A stretch of 46,786 nt of DNA, taken from NCBI GenBank assembly GCA_964364045.1, contig CAYIKL010000004.1, forward strand, positions 1 to 46,786, in the 5' to 3' direction. Position 1 is the stretch's first letter. Each line of letters starts with the position of its first letter. Source of the stretch: an uncultured Methanosarcinales archaeon (GTDB lineage Archaea > Nanobdellota > Nanobdellia > Woesearchaeales > JAGLXL01). Under the pieces are notes generated by a model, which was not told the DNA's origin, ran no database searches, and saw nothing but the letters and a program-made list of their open reading frames with translations. The translations under genes were made by a program, and so were the position numbers. This document shows positions 10,205 through 18,876 of this stretch, in pieces.

Positions 10205-10915
10205 CTAACTTAGGTCTTTGAATATGTCACGCGCAACTTCGAGCTCTTCATACTCATCGATATCCACCCATCGGTACTCGCCGATGTCCACCGCAATCAT
10301 CTTTCCATTCCTTGAAAACGTGGAAACTGCGGCGCTAATCGTGTCGGGATGATCGCCTGCTTTTTTGATCTCTTCGAAAATGACTGGTGAGCATTTGAAT
10401 GCGCCGCAGTCAACTGCCTGGAAATCCGTGTTCTTTTTATCAACACTTAATATCTTATTTCCGTCAAGCTTTACCTTTGCCGCATCATCCATCCAGAATA
10501 TGGTATTGAGCTTCTTATCAACAAGCAATGCGCATGTCCCATTTTCAAGCCTGTGGTCAACAATCTTCTTTATGCCGCCGGCCTGCATCAGATGGTCGGA
10601 CATGGCAAGGAGAAATTCACTATCAACATACGGCTCTGCGCACAGCACCGATGAGCCGAGCGGCTTATGATACTCATAATTCATCACGTACTTTATTTTT
10701 ACCCCATACTTTGATCCATCTTCTAACTTTCTCATAATCTTTTCAGCCATGTATCCAACAACAATGACAAAATCAGTAACACCTGCTTTCTTGAAGTTAA
10801 AAATGACATGCTCAATCAGGTTCCTTCCTTTCACCTCATAGAGCGGCTTTGGAATAGCTTCACGATTTCGGTTTATTCTCGTCCCAAGGCCTGCTGCAAG
10901 TATAACCGTTTTCAT
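10205..10915 (-). CDS. NTP transferase, CTP:inositol-1-phosphate cytidylyltransferase (IPCT)-like
   Basis: MKTVILAAGLGTR, IPKPL, FLLAMSDHL, VDCGAF, WVDID. Co-transcribed with ino1; TATA-like element at 10941-10948 supports the 10915 start. Confidence 0.85.
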   Translation of the reverse strand: MKTVILAAGLGTRINRNREAIPKPLYEVKGRNLIEHVIFNFKKAGVTDFVIVVGYMAEKIMRKLEDGSKYGVKIKYVMNYEYHKPLGSSVLCAEPYVDSEFLLAMSDHLMQAGGIKKIVDHRLENGTCALLVDKKLNTIFWMDDAAKVKLDGNKILSVDKKNTDFQAVDCGAFKCSPVIFEEIKKAGDHPDTISAAVSTFSRNGKMIAVDIGEYRWVDIDEYEELEVARDIFKDLS

Positions 10916-11024
10916 TCTTATTTCCCACAAACCAGTCCTATTTATATCTTTCCCTGATAAAAAGGTTAAATACAAAAGTATAAAATAGGGTAGTCTGCCT
11001 CCTCCTGGTGAGTTCCGGATGAGC

Positions 11025-11174
11025 TTATCAGCTAAAGTGTTCTTGATAAATCTGTGTTTGAGTTTGGCAGTTCTGTCCATGTCAAACTAGTGCGAACTAT
11101 TCGCACTGAAGTCTATGGCAGACTCGCCTGCCATAACTTATTTGGCAGGCTTCTTAGACTTTTAGGACAGAGCC
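11025..11174. repeat. Cluster of nested and adjacent inverted repeats (candidate structured RNA)
   Basis: AGTGCGAA(11089-96)/TTCGCACT(11100-07); GCCTGCCA(11126-33)/TGGCAGGC(11143-50); AAGTCTA(11109-15)/TAGACTT(11155-61); AGTTTGGCA(11061-69)/TGTCAAACT(11080-88); TTATCA(11025-30)/TGATAA(11044-49); TCTGTCC(11072-78)/GGACAGA(11165-71). Confidence 0.7.
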
Positions 11175-11189
11175 TATCTGCGCATAAGT

Positions 11190-11199
11190 TATTTAAATA
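11190..11199. promoter_or_regulatory. Palindromic TATA box upstream of the TylF-like gene
   Basis: TATTTAAATA centred about 25 nt before the ATG at 11220, consistent with a leaderless transcript. Confidence 0.65.
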
Positions 11200-11219
11200 G
11201 TGCATTTACTCAGCAGAAT

Positions 11220-11975
11220 ATGGGTACGCTTAAAGACTTCATCCACCGGTCATTCAGCATATTTGGGTACAAGGTTTTGCCTAAATATACTCAATCTATC
11301 CTTGAGGACAAGCAATTCAAAGCGATCTTTGACAAATGTCAGCTTTATACTATGGCGGAACTTGAGAATGCTTATGCTTTGTATGAGGCCACAAAGTATA
11401 TTGTTGCATCAGGAATCCCGGGTGATTTCGTGGAGTGCGGTGTCTGGAAAGGGGGCAGCGCTATGATTATAGCCCACACTCTCTTGCTTGCTGGTGAGAA
11501 GGACAGAAAGATATATCTTTACGATACTTTTGAGGGTATGCCAAAACCGACACCGGTTGATAGAACAATCGTTGGCTGCCTTTTTGCGCTTGATCGATGG
11601 AAGAAAGAGCAACAGAACGGATATAATACCTGGTGTTTCTCCCCACTTGAGGAAGTCAGGAAAAATGTTGAATCAACGGGCTACCCAAAAAAGAATTTTG
11701 TATTTATTAAAGGAAAAGTAGAGGAAACAATCCCTCATACGGTGCCACCCTCTGTCGCGCTTCTGCGGCTGGATACGGATTTTTATGAATCCACAAAATG
11801 GGAGCTGAGACACATTTATCCACTTTTGCGGCCTGGCGGCATCTTAGTCGTCGATGATTATGGCTGCTGGAAGGGCGTCCAAGAGGCGGTTGATGAGTAT
11901 TTCCTTGAGCGAGACCTAACCATTTTTTTAAACAGGGTTGATGATACCTGCCGGCTGGGTGTCAAAGTTGAGTGA
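11220..11975 (+). CDS. TylF/MycF/NovP-family sugar O-methyltransferase
   Basis: IPGDFVECGVWKGGS, YLYDTFEGMP, LLRLDTDFYEST, GGILVVDDYG.W.G...AVDEY. Confidence 0.95.
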   Translation: MGTLKDFIHRSFSIFGYKVLPKYTQSILEDKQFKAIFDKCQLYTMAELENAYALYEATKYIVASGIPGDFVECGVWKGGSAMIIAHTLLLAGEKDRKIYLYDTFEGMPKPTPVDRTIVGCLFALDRWKKEQQNGYNTWCFSPLEEVRKNVESTGYPKKNFVFIKGKVEETIPHTVPPSVALLRLDTDFYESTKWELRHIYPLLRPGGILVVDDYGCWKGVQEAVDEYFLERDLTIFLNRVDDTCRLGVKVE

Positions 11976-11994
11976 GAGATCCATCCTTGTTCGA

Positions 11995-12834
11995 ATGTAT
12001 CGTGTGCTCCATTATGCATACATCAGGCTGGGACTACGGTCTCGTTCTCTTGGAAAGATGAATAGCCTGTTGCTGAGATATCTCAAGTCGGACGCTGTCG
12101 TCATAGATGGCCACAAGCTATTTCTCGATCCCGATGATTCCATGCGGCTCTCAACTCGGGGATATTATGAGCCGTTCATCACCGAGCTGGTGAAGAGAAA
12201 TGTTAACAAAGGGGATGTTGTCCTAGATATTGGCGCACATGTTGGTTACTATACACTGCTCCTTGCCCGTCTTGTCGGAGAGCAAGGGAAAGTCTATGCT
12301 TTTGAGCCTGATCCGAAGAATTTTGCCCTGCTGAAGAAAAATGTTGAAACAAACGGCTATAAAAATGTCATTGCTGAACAAAGAGCGGTTTCAGAAAATG
12401 CCGGTAAAGCAATGCTCCACATTGGCGGCAGATCGGCGCATCATTCACTTCTTAGAAACAAGTATAGCAGTGACCGTTCTGTAGAAGTTGCATCCGTGCG
12501 TCTTGATGATTGCATTAAGGGCAAGGTTAATTTCATCAAGATTGATGTCGAGGGTGCAGAGTATTTTGCATTTAATGGGATGAAGTCTATTTTTAGACGA
12601 AATAAAGGGCTGATGATGATCACGGAAATGGTGCCGCTCTTCTTAGATCATCTTCATATAACGCCTGCACAGTTTGTCCGGCTTCTTACTGATTATGGCC
12701 TGCGATTGTACCTCATAGATGAAGAAAAGAAGAAACTTATGCCCTTTACACTCAGCATGCTGCGCTCTTATGATCCAAACAGAAAAGTTAATCTAAACTT
12801 ATTATGTACCAAACGGCCTTTGGGGGTGTTATGA
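11995..12834 (+). CDS. FkbM-family methyltransferase
   Basis: YEP, VLDIGAHVGYYT, VYAFEP, FIKIDVEGAE. Start uncertain (TTG 11968 or ATG 11995). Confidence 0.93.
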   Translation: MYRVLHYAYIRLGLRSRSLGKMNSLLLRYLKSDAVVIDGHKLFLDPDDSMRLSTRGYYEPFITELVKRNVNKGDVVLDIGAHVGYYTLLLARLVGEQGKVYAFEPDPKNFALLKKNVETNGYKNVIAEQRAVSENAGKAMLHIGGRSAHHSLLRNKYSSDRSVEVASVRLDDCIKGKVNFIKIDVEGAEYFAFNGMKSIFRRNKGLMMITEMVPLFLDHLHITPAQFVRLLTDYGLRLYLIDEEKKKLMPFTLSMLRSYDPNRKVNLNLLCTKRPLGVL

Positions 12835-13568
12835 GATCAGTTCCATCAATCAAAGAATTGAAAAAATATGAAAATAAAGACGCGCAAGGCCCAATTCTTA
12901 GGGCGTGTGACTTTATTGCCGTTTATGCAGGAAAAGTTTTTTTGTGTCTGCCGCTCACTCCTAATCAAGTGACGCTCCTGTGGATCGTTGTCAAGATGAT
13001 TGGGCTGCTTCTGCTTGTTCCTGGGGAATATCTGTTGAGTGTCGTTGGTGTGCTGCTTTTCCATCTCGGCTCAATCATTGATGGGGCTGACGGCATCGTT
13101 GCGCGCGCACGGCAGCATTTCTCGCTCAATGGTATTTATATGGATTACGTGGGGCATTACATCACCAATTCGCTTGTGCTCATCGCGCTTGCATATGGGG
13201 TTGCTGTACAAACCGGCGCATTCGGAGCGTTTGTTCCTGCAGCAATTGGCGCTTTCTGCTTTTTAGTTTCAAAAGCGTCTTCCCTTAACCCCATATGGTA
13301 CTCAAATCCTGCGCAACGGGCAAAGGCAGAAGAACTGATCTATGGCAAAACGATTGCGCTGAAGAAGTCGAAAAACAAGATTGCTGCGATCATCTTCGAT
13401 GTTATACGATTAGAAAATCCCTTCAACGTGCTGTTTTGGGGCGTTGCACTTGGCTACCCTGTTATTGTTTTGTGGATTTATGCGGTATCAAATTTTCTTG
13501 AGATGGCCAGGAAAATATTTATTCAGTTCTATAGGATATATAAAAATGAGAAAAAGGCTGCTGTCTAA
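12831..13568 (+). CDS. CDP-alcohol phosphotransferase family membrane protein
   Basis: LTPNQVT, DGADGIVAR-x8-G-x3-D motif, about 5-6 TM segments. ATGA overlap with the FkbM stop. Confidence 0.88.
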   Translation: MRSVPSIKELKKYENKDAQGPILRACDFIAVYAGKVFLCLPLTPNQVTLLWIVVKMIGLLLLVPGEYLLSVVGVLLFHLGSIIDGADGIVARARQHFSLNGIYMDYVGHYITNSLVLIALAYGVAVQTGAFGAFVPAAIGAFCFLVSKASSLNPIWYSNPAQRAKAEELIYGKTIALKKSKNKIAAIIFDVIRLENPFNVLFWGVALGYPVIVLWIYAVSNFLEMARKIFIQFYRIYKNEKKAAV

Positions 13569-15280
13569 GGCTCCATTTGTTGTTTCTTCTCAATTAAATA
13601 ATTTCCAACCGCAAGATATCTCAATCCTGATCTTATGAACACATCGAGTGCTTCTTTCGGTCCATGCACGATAGGGAAGCCATGAAGATTAAATGAAGTG
13701 TTGAGCAACGCGCCACAGCCGGTGAGTTTCTCAAATTCTTTAAGAATTGAGTAATAGTCAGGATTCATTGTTTTGTCTATAATCTGCGGTCGAGCAGTTA
13801 AGTCGGCCTGGTGCACCGCTGCAATCAAGTCATCGTATTTTTCCGTTGTATCAAAGGACAGGATCATATAGGGCGCTGCAATGCTTTTCTTGTTGATGAT
13901 GTATTCGTCTGCTCTCTCTTTGAGCATGACCGGAGCAAAGGGCATCCAGAAGTCACGCTTCTTTACCATCAGATTAATCTCGCGAAGACAACGCAAATTT
14001 GATGGGTCTGCAAGAATCGAGCGGTTTCCCAGTGCCCGTGCGCCAAATTCCATCCTTCCTTTGCAGCGCGCGACAACCTGACCATCTACAAGAAGCTGTG
14101 CAAGCTCTTTTTCAATATTCTTTATTTTTTTCCATTTGAGATTTTTTGTTTTTAATTTATCTATCTCTTTTAATACCTTTTCGTTTGAAAAATCGTCTCC
14201 TAAATAGAAATCTTTGAGCGGCTGTATATCCGGATCAGTTGCCTTTCTGAATTCTGCGTATGCCGCATACGCTGCACCCATCGATACGGTCTCATCACCA
14301 CACGAAGGGAAGATGAACATGTCTTTTACTTGTTTCAGCTCCATAATCTTTTTGTTTGCTTTGACATTCATGAAAATTCCGCCCGCGAGCGCGAGCTTTT
14401 CTGTTGCTGTTGCTTTGAGACAGTTATCGACCCAGCCAACAAGCACCTCTTCGGTAAATCTTTGTAATCCTGCACATATCCAGTCAAAACGCATATACCT
14501 CGTATCTTTCTCAAGCTGCGGGAGTATCGTCTTGATCGCTCCCCTCCTGCTTTTTTTGAATTTCAATGGGTCTTTTTCGGATAAAGACACATATTTTTTA
14601 AATGCTTCATAGCCTATTTTATGCCCTCTCTCAGAAGCATAGGGTGCCATGCCCATGAGTTTGTATTCGTGCTCGAGCGGCTGAAAGCCCAGCAGCTTTG
14701 TGGTGAGAGAATATACGCCTGCAAGCGAGTGATCGCTTTTTACTTTTGCAAGACGCTGTAACTTTCCATTTTCACCTATTGAAACGGTTGCACACAATCC
14801 ATCACCTGCGCCATCGTTCGTGAGCACAAGCACTTTCTCGTTGCGAGGAAAATGGCTTCCGTAATAGGCCGTCGCTGCGTGACATAGATGATGATCAAAG
14901 AATTTCACCTTATTTCTGAAACCAAGCCTTCTGATGTTCCTCTTTCTTTGCACTCTGCTCATTGCCTTGTAGAGATTGTATAATGGTGTCTTCATGATTA
15001 TACTTTCAACCCTTCTTCTAATGCCAAACATTCTCTTGTACTGCCGTCCAAGGGCAGTTCCAAAAAGAGGCGAAACGTGGCGGGAGGCAAATGCAATAAG
15101 GTCAATCTCTTCAGGTTTTAGTCTCAGCTGTTTCATAAGGAGTTCTATGCTCTTCTTTGGGAAGCCGGACTTATTCTTCTCATAGACAAGACGTTCCTCC
15201 TGGATCGCAAATCTTAGTTCGCCGTCTTCAATCAGGCATGCGGATGCGTTATGTCCGTCGTGTATTCCAAGGATTTTCAT
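13565..15280 (-). CDS. O-carbamoyltransferase (NodU/CmcH/TobZ family), copy 1
   Basis: ILGIHDGHNASA, QEERL, HHLCHAA, DGAGD, EYKLMGMAPY, AGGIFMNVKAN, EFGARALGNRSILADP, NTSFNLHG.PIV. Confidence 0.95.
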   Translation of the reverse strand: MKILGIHDGHNASACLIEDGELRFAIQEERLVYEKNKSGFPKKSIELLMKQLRLKPEEIDLIAFASRHVSPLFGTALGRQYKRMFGIRRRVESIIMKTPLYNLYKAMSRVQRKRNIRRLGFRNKVKFFDHHLCHAATAYYGSHFPRNEKVLVLTNDGAGDGLCATVSIGENGKLQRLAKVKSDHSLAGVYSLTTKLLGFQPLEHEYKLMGMAPYASERGHKIGYEAFKKYVSLSEKDPLKFKKSRRGAIKTILPQLEKDTRYMRFDWICAGLQRFTEEVLVGWVDNCLKATATEKLALAGGIFMNVKANKKIMELKQVKDMFIFPSCGDETVSMGAAYAAYAEFRKATDPDIQPLKDFYLGDDFSNEKVLKEIDKLKTKNLKWKKIKNIEKELAQLLVDGQVVARCKGRMEFGARALGNRSILADPSNLRCLREINLMVKKRDFWMPFAPVMLKERADEYIINKKSIAAPYMILSFDTTEKYDDLIAAVHQADLTARPQIIDKTMNPDYYSILKEFEKLTGCGALLNTSFNLHGFPIVHGPKEALDVFIRSGLRYLAVGNYLIEKKQQMEP

Positions 15281-15360
15281 TTTGGCTTTGCTTGTTGAGA
15301 AGGGGTATTTATTACTTTCTGGTGTGAGAGAGGTACCTTAAGATAGGCTCAATAGAAACC

Positions 15361-15370
15361 TATAAATATA
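15361..15370 (+). promoter_or_regulatory. TATA box for the ferredoxin-radical SAM operon
   Basis: AGAAACC-TATAAATATA (BRE-like purine run plus TATA) ending 22 nt before the ATG at 15392. Confidence 0.65.
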
Positions 15371-15391
15371 GTAACTCCCCTATAAGCTATT

Positions 15392-15652
15392 ATGGGGTAT
15401 AAGGTGATATTTGATCGAAAGAATTGCACGGGGGCAGCTGCGTGCGCTATTGTTGCAGACCAGTTATGGAGAATGGCAGACGATGATAAGGCTGAACTTA
15501 TTGGGGCTCGAAATACTGGGAATGAGATGTGGGAGCTTGAGATAGGAGAAGAGGCTCTTAAATATCATAAGGAAGCAGCCCGCCATTGTCCGGTGAAAGT
15601 CATAAAGATTGTAAACGAAAATGGCCATGAGGTGCATTTAGAACGGGTGTGA
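15392..15652 (+). CDS. Single-cluster ferredoxin (probably 3Fe-4S type)
   Basis: CTGAAAC...HCPVKVI (C-x2-A-x2-C...CP). GTGA overlap with the downstream radical SAM gene. Confidence 0.85.
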   Translation: MGYKVIFDRKNCTGAAACAIVADQLWRMADDDKAELIGARNTGNEMWELEIGEEALKYHKEAARHCPVKVIKIVNENGHEVHLERV

Positions 15653-17244
15653 AGATGGAGCTTTCTCAGATTGGAAAAAAAGAGGTGGATGTTCAGGAGA
15701 AGGATATTAGAGAAAATCGACTAAAAAATCCAATGGATAATCTATATAAGAAAAATGTGCTTCTTATCGTTCATGACGTCTATCAGGAGTTTAATGCATT
15801 CCCATTAGCGTATGGCTATCTTGCGGCTATGCTGCGCAAGTATGGCTATAGTGTTGAAGTGTACTGTATGGATGTCTTTCATTATACAAATGAACAGCTT
15901 GAGAAAAAACTTAGGAACAGTACGTATGATCTTATCGGCGCGGGTTTCATGCCTGCACGATTTGAGGAAACGATTGTGGGTTTATGCGCATCAGTGAACA
16001 AGCATAAGAAGGACGCATGGTTCTTCTTAGGCGGGCCGGGACCGACACCTATCTCGGAGTATATGCTCCAAAGGCTTAAGGTTGATATTGTTGTGCTTGG
16101 AGAGGCTGAGCATACTCTGATTGAACTTATGGGGGCGAAGCTTGGTAAGCGAAAGCTTGCTGATATCAAGGGCATCGCATACTGGGAAGGGGATAGAATC
16201 AAAGCTAATCCGCGTAGACCGTTGTTCCGTGACTTAGATGCGCTGCCGTGGCCAGCGTGGGACCTCTTTCCTATGGAGAGCTATACAAATAGTGTCAAAC
16301 TTTCTGGTATGGATGAGGAAGAAAAGATGATGAGTGTTATTACTTCACGTGGCTGCACAGATACATGCAACTTCTGCTATAGAATTGAGAAAGGGCTTCG
16401 CCTGCGCAGCCTGAAAGAAGTAATCAAAGAGATGATATCTCTCAGAGATACGTATGGAACGACCTTCTTTTCATTTGAAGATGAGCTCTTCGTTTTTCCG
16501 AGAGAAAAAATTTTTGAATTTGAGAGTCTCCTTAAAGAGAACAACATGAAGATCAGCTACTGGTGTAACTCGCGTGCAGCCATATTTGACGAGGAATTAG
16601 CCGAATGCCTGAAGCGAACAGGCTGTAAATTAGTCAATATCGGCTTTGAGAGCGTTGACCAGAAAGTTTTAGACAATATGAATAAGCGCATAACTGCAGA
16701 AGAAAATATCAAAGCGCTGGAAGTTGCGAATAAAGTTGGAATTGGTCTCGGACTTAATTTCCTATGGGGCTTTGAGGCGGATACAAAAGAAACACTGTGG
16801 AAAAATGTTGACGCGATAAAAAAATTCAATCAGTTCGATCAAGTGCGTACAATACGACCGCCAAGCCCGTATCCCGGTTCGCCATTGTATGATGAGGCAG
16901 TCCAGAAAGGTCTGCTCAAGGGTCCTGATGACTTTTTCAAGAGATTCAAGAATTCTGACCTGATGACGGTCAACTTTACACGATACAGTGATGAAGAGTG
17001 TTATAAGATGCTTTTTGAAGCGAATAAAGAGCTTGTGCTCCACCATTTTAGAAATACGACCGGAGACATGCAAGCGGCGCAACAGATTATTGATGGGTTT
17101 TATCGGCTGTATTTTGAGGGGGATTATAAGTTTAGAGGAGCACGGCAGTATGACAAGGACTCACATAAGAAGAACATCAAGGATAAAAAGGAGTCCAATG
17201 GAGCAACGGAAAGCAGTGTGCAGGTAGAAGCAACTGTTGCATAA
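15649..17244 (+). CDS. Cobalamin-binding radical SAM protein, copy 2
   Basis: FPLAYGYLAA, LGGPGPTP, VLGEAE, TSRGCTDTCNFC, FEDELF, IGFES, PYPGSPLY. Confidence 0.93.
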   Translation: MKMELSQIGKKEVDVQEKDIRENRLKNPMDNLYKKNVLLIVHDVYQEFNAFPLAYGYLAAMLRKYGYSVEVYCMDVFHYTNEQLEKKLRNSTYDLIGAGFMPARFEETIVGLCASVNKHKKDAWFFLGGPGPTPISEYMLQRLKVDIVVLGEAEHTLIELMGAKLGKRKLADIKGIAYWEGDRIKANPRRPLFRDLDALPWPAWDLFPMESYTNSVKLSGMDEEEKMMSVITSRGCTDTCNFCYRIEKGLRLRSLKEVIKEMISLRDTYGTTFFSFEDELFVFPREKIFEFESLLKENNMKISYWCNSRAAIFDEELAECLKRTGCKLVNIGFESVDQKVLDNMNKRITAEENIKALEVANKVGIGLGLNFLWGFEADTKETLWKNVDAIKKFNQFDQVRTIRPPSPYPGSPLYDEAVQKGLLKGPDDFFKRFKNSDLMTVNFTRYSDEECYKMLFEANKELVLHHFRNTTGDMQAAQQIIDGFYRLYFEGDYKFRGARQYDKDSHKKNIKDKKESNGATESSVQVEATVA

Positions 17245-17257
17245 AACTTTAATCAAA

Positions 17258-17836
17258 TCAGAGCGCAAGCTCGTCATCCTGCACGTAGGGGATGTGTTTC
17301 TTTAGCGCAATGTAAGCCTTCTGCAGTTCCCTTCCGAGGTACGCGGCATGATCAAGCCGGGAAACGAGCCCTTGCTTGATTATTGTCTGATACATCTCCA
17401 GCGGTTTTTTCCCTACAACTTTCATCATTATTTTATTCAACTCCTGACAGAACGCAACCTCAATCTCTTTTGTCTTTTCGTTAATGCGAATGAGGAAGTA
17501 CCCATTTTCATCCATGGTAAACTCCTTTGCATCATCATATTCGGCTTTTATCACCCGCAAATTTTCATCTTTCTTGATCTCTTTTGACACGATTGTTTCT
17601 CCGCTCTGGTCGCTAAGACCAATTGCATTTACCGGGCAGCATTCCGCAGCGTTCCGCAGATGCTGCAGCTGCTCTTCAGTCACTTCAGTGTGCAGCTGCC
17701 ATTCACCATTGTGAAAACTTGAATTTTTCAGCACGGCTTTTTGGCCTTTAAAGTAGAAATAATCTGGAGCTCTTTCAATACATTTTTTTGCCCCAATACA
17801 CCTTTCCTGCTTATACTCAACAATTACTTTTTTCAT
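17258..17836 (-). CDS. Ferredoxin-DUF4346 fusion protein
   Basis: N-terminal CIGAKKC...CCPVNAI; C-terminal MDENGYFLIRI...SRLDHAAYLGRELQKA..AL....YVQD, which I recognise as the DUF4346 signature. Confidence 0.8.
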   Translation of the reverse strand: MKKVIVEYKQERCIGAKKCIERAPDYFYFKGQKAVLKNSSFHNGEWQLHTEVTEEQLQHLRNAAECCPVNAIGLSDQSGETIVSKEIKKDENLRVIKAEYDDAKEFTMDENGYFLIRINEKTKEIEVAFCQELNKIMMKVVGKKPLEMYQTIIKQGLVSRLDHAAYLGRELQKAYIALKKHIPYVQDDELAL

Positions 17837-18876
17837 GTCTCCCTTTTTCCGGTCTTTGGCTCTTCCAGTATCTTTTTCTCATACAGATTTTTTCTAATCT
17901 GATCTTTATTGAGCAATACGACTGAATTTGAACTATATTTTGACAGGTTTGTGAGGCTCATGTTGCCCGCAATCTGCTTTTTTCCATAATTTGATAATAA
18001 TGAATTGCGCAGTATCAACATATCATCGCGCTCTTCCGTATATGCAGCTTCCTCCGGACTCATCAGTGTCTCAAACAGTTTTTCTCCCGGACGAACGCCT
18101 ATAATTTTATATGTGAAATCCTTTGGGTTCTTCCCATGCTTTGGCGCAAGCTCCTCTACCATCACTTCTGCCAGGTCTGTTATACGCAATGCCCCCATCT
18201 TGAGAATGAATGTCTCGCCGCCTTCCACCATCTCTGCGGCTTTTAGAACTAATCGCACTGCATCCGAAAGGCTCATGAAAAATCGTGTCATCTCAGGAGA
18301 GGTTATTGTTAATTCATGACCATCGGCAATCTGCTTCTGAAATATCGGGATGACCGAGCCGGTGGTGGCAAGAACGTTGCCAAACCGCACGCAGCAGGCT
18401 TTCACATGGCTCTTACCAATCGGAGCGTTTGTAATTATCTTCTCGCTGAGCAGTTTTGTCGCACCCATGGTGTTCACGGGGTTCACTGCTTTGTCCGTTG
18501 AGATGCCAATAAATTTCTCCACTCTTTCTTTGATTGCGACGTCAATAAGATTCTTTGTCCCGATGACATTTGTATTTACCGCTTCGAATGGATCATATTC
18601 GCAAAATGGCACATGCTTGAGCGCGGCTGCATGAAACACGATGTCAACCCCTTCCATGGCTCTTATTACCCTTTCTCTGTCTCGTATATCTCCTATCAGG
18701 TGTCTCATTCGCGGCGAGCGCACATCCTGGCTCAACACAAAATGACCGTTTTCGTGGTGGTCAAGTATCCGTATCTGTTCAGGATCAAACTGAAGCAGCT
18801 GTCTTACTATCTCAGCGCCGATGGAGCCGCAACCCCCGGTTACCATGATTGTTTTATTCTCAAACACCGATTTCAT
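17833..18876 (-). CDS. Soluble UDP-GlcNAc 4,6-dehydratase (CapD/PglF catalytic-domain type)
   Basis: VTGGCGSIG, FHAAALKHVP, ISTDKAVNPVNTMGATK, VRFGNV, MTRFFM, GVRPGEKL. Confidence 0.92.
   Translation of the reverse strand: MKSVFENKTIMVTGGCGSIGAEIVRQLLQFDPEQIRILDHHENGHFVLSQDVRSPRMRHLIGDIRDRERVIRAMEGVDIVFHAAALKHVPFCEYDPFEAVNTNVIGTKNLIDVAIKERVEKFIGISTDKAVNPVNTMGATKLLSEKIITNAPIGKSHVKACCVRFGNVLATTGSVIPIFQKQIADGHELTITSPEMTRFFMSLSDAVRLVLKAAEMVEGGETFILKMGALRITDLAEVMVEELAPKHGKNPKDFTYKIIGVRPGEKLFETLMSPEEAAYTEERDDMLILRNSLLSNYGKKQIAGNMSLTNLSKYSSNSVVLLNKDQIRKNLYEKKILEEPKTGKRET

Noticed and set aside
10916-11080. 55-aa N-terminal extension of the NTP transferase in the ORF track
   Set aside because: Family homology starts at MKTVILAAG and a TATA lies about 26-33 nt upstream of 10915. 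The longer starts given for 433..1218, 1134..2345, 20447..21727, 25979..26857 and 44953..45357 were trimmed for similar reasons (they overlap upstream genes).
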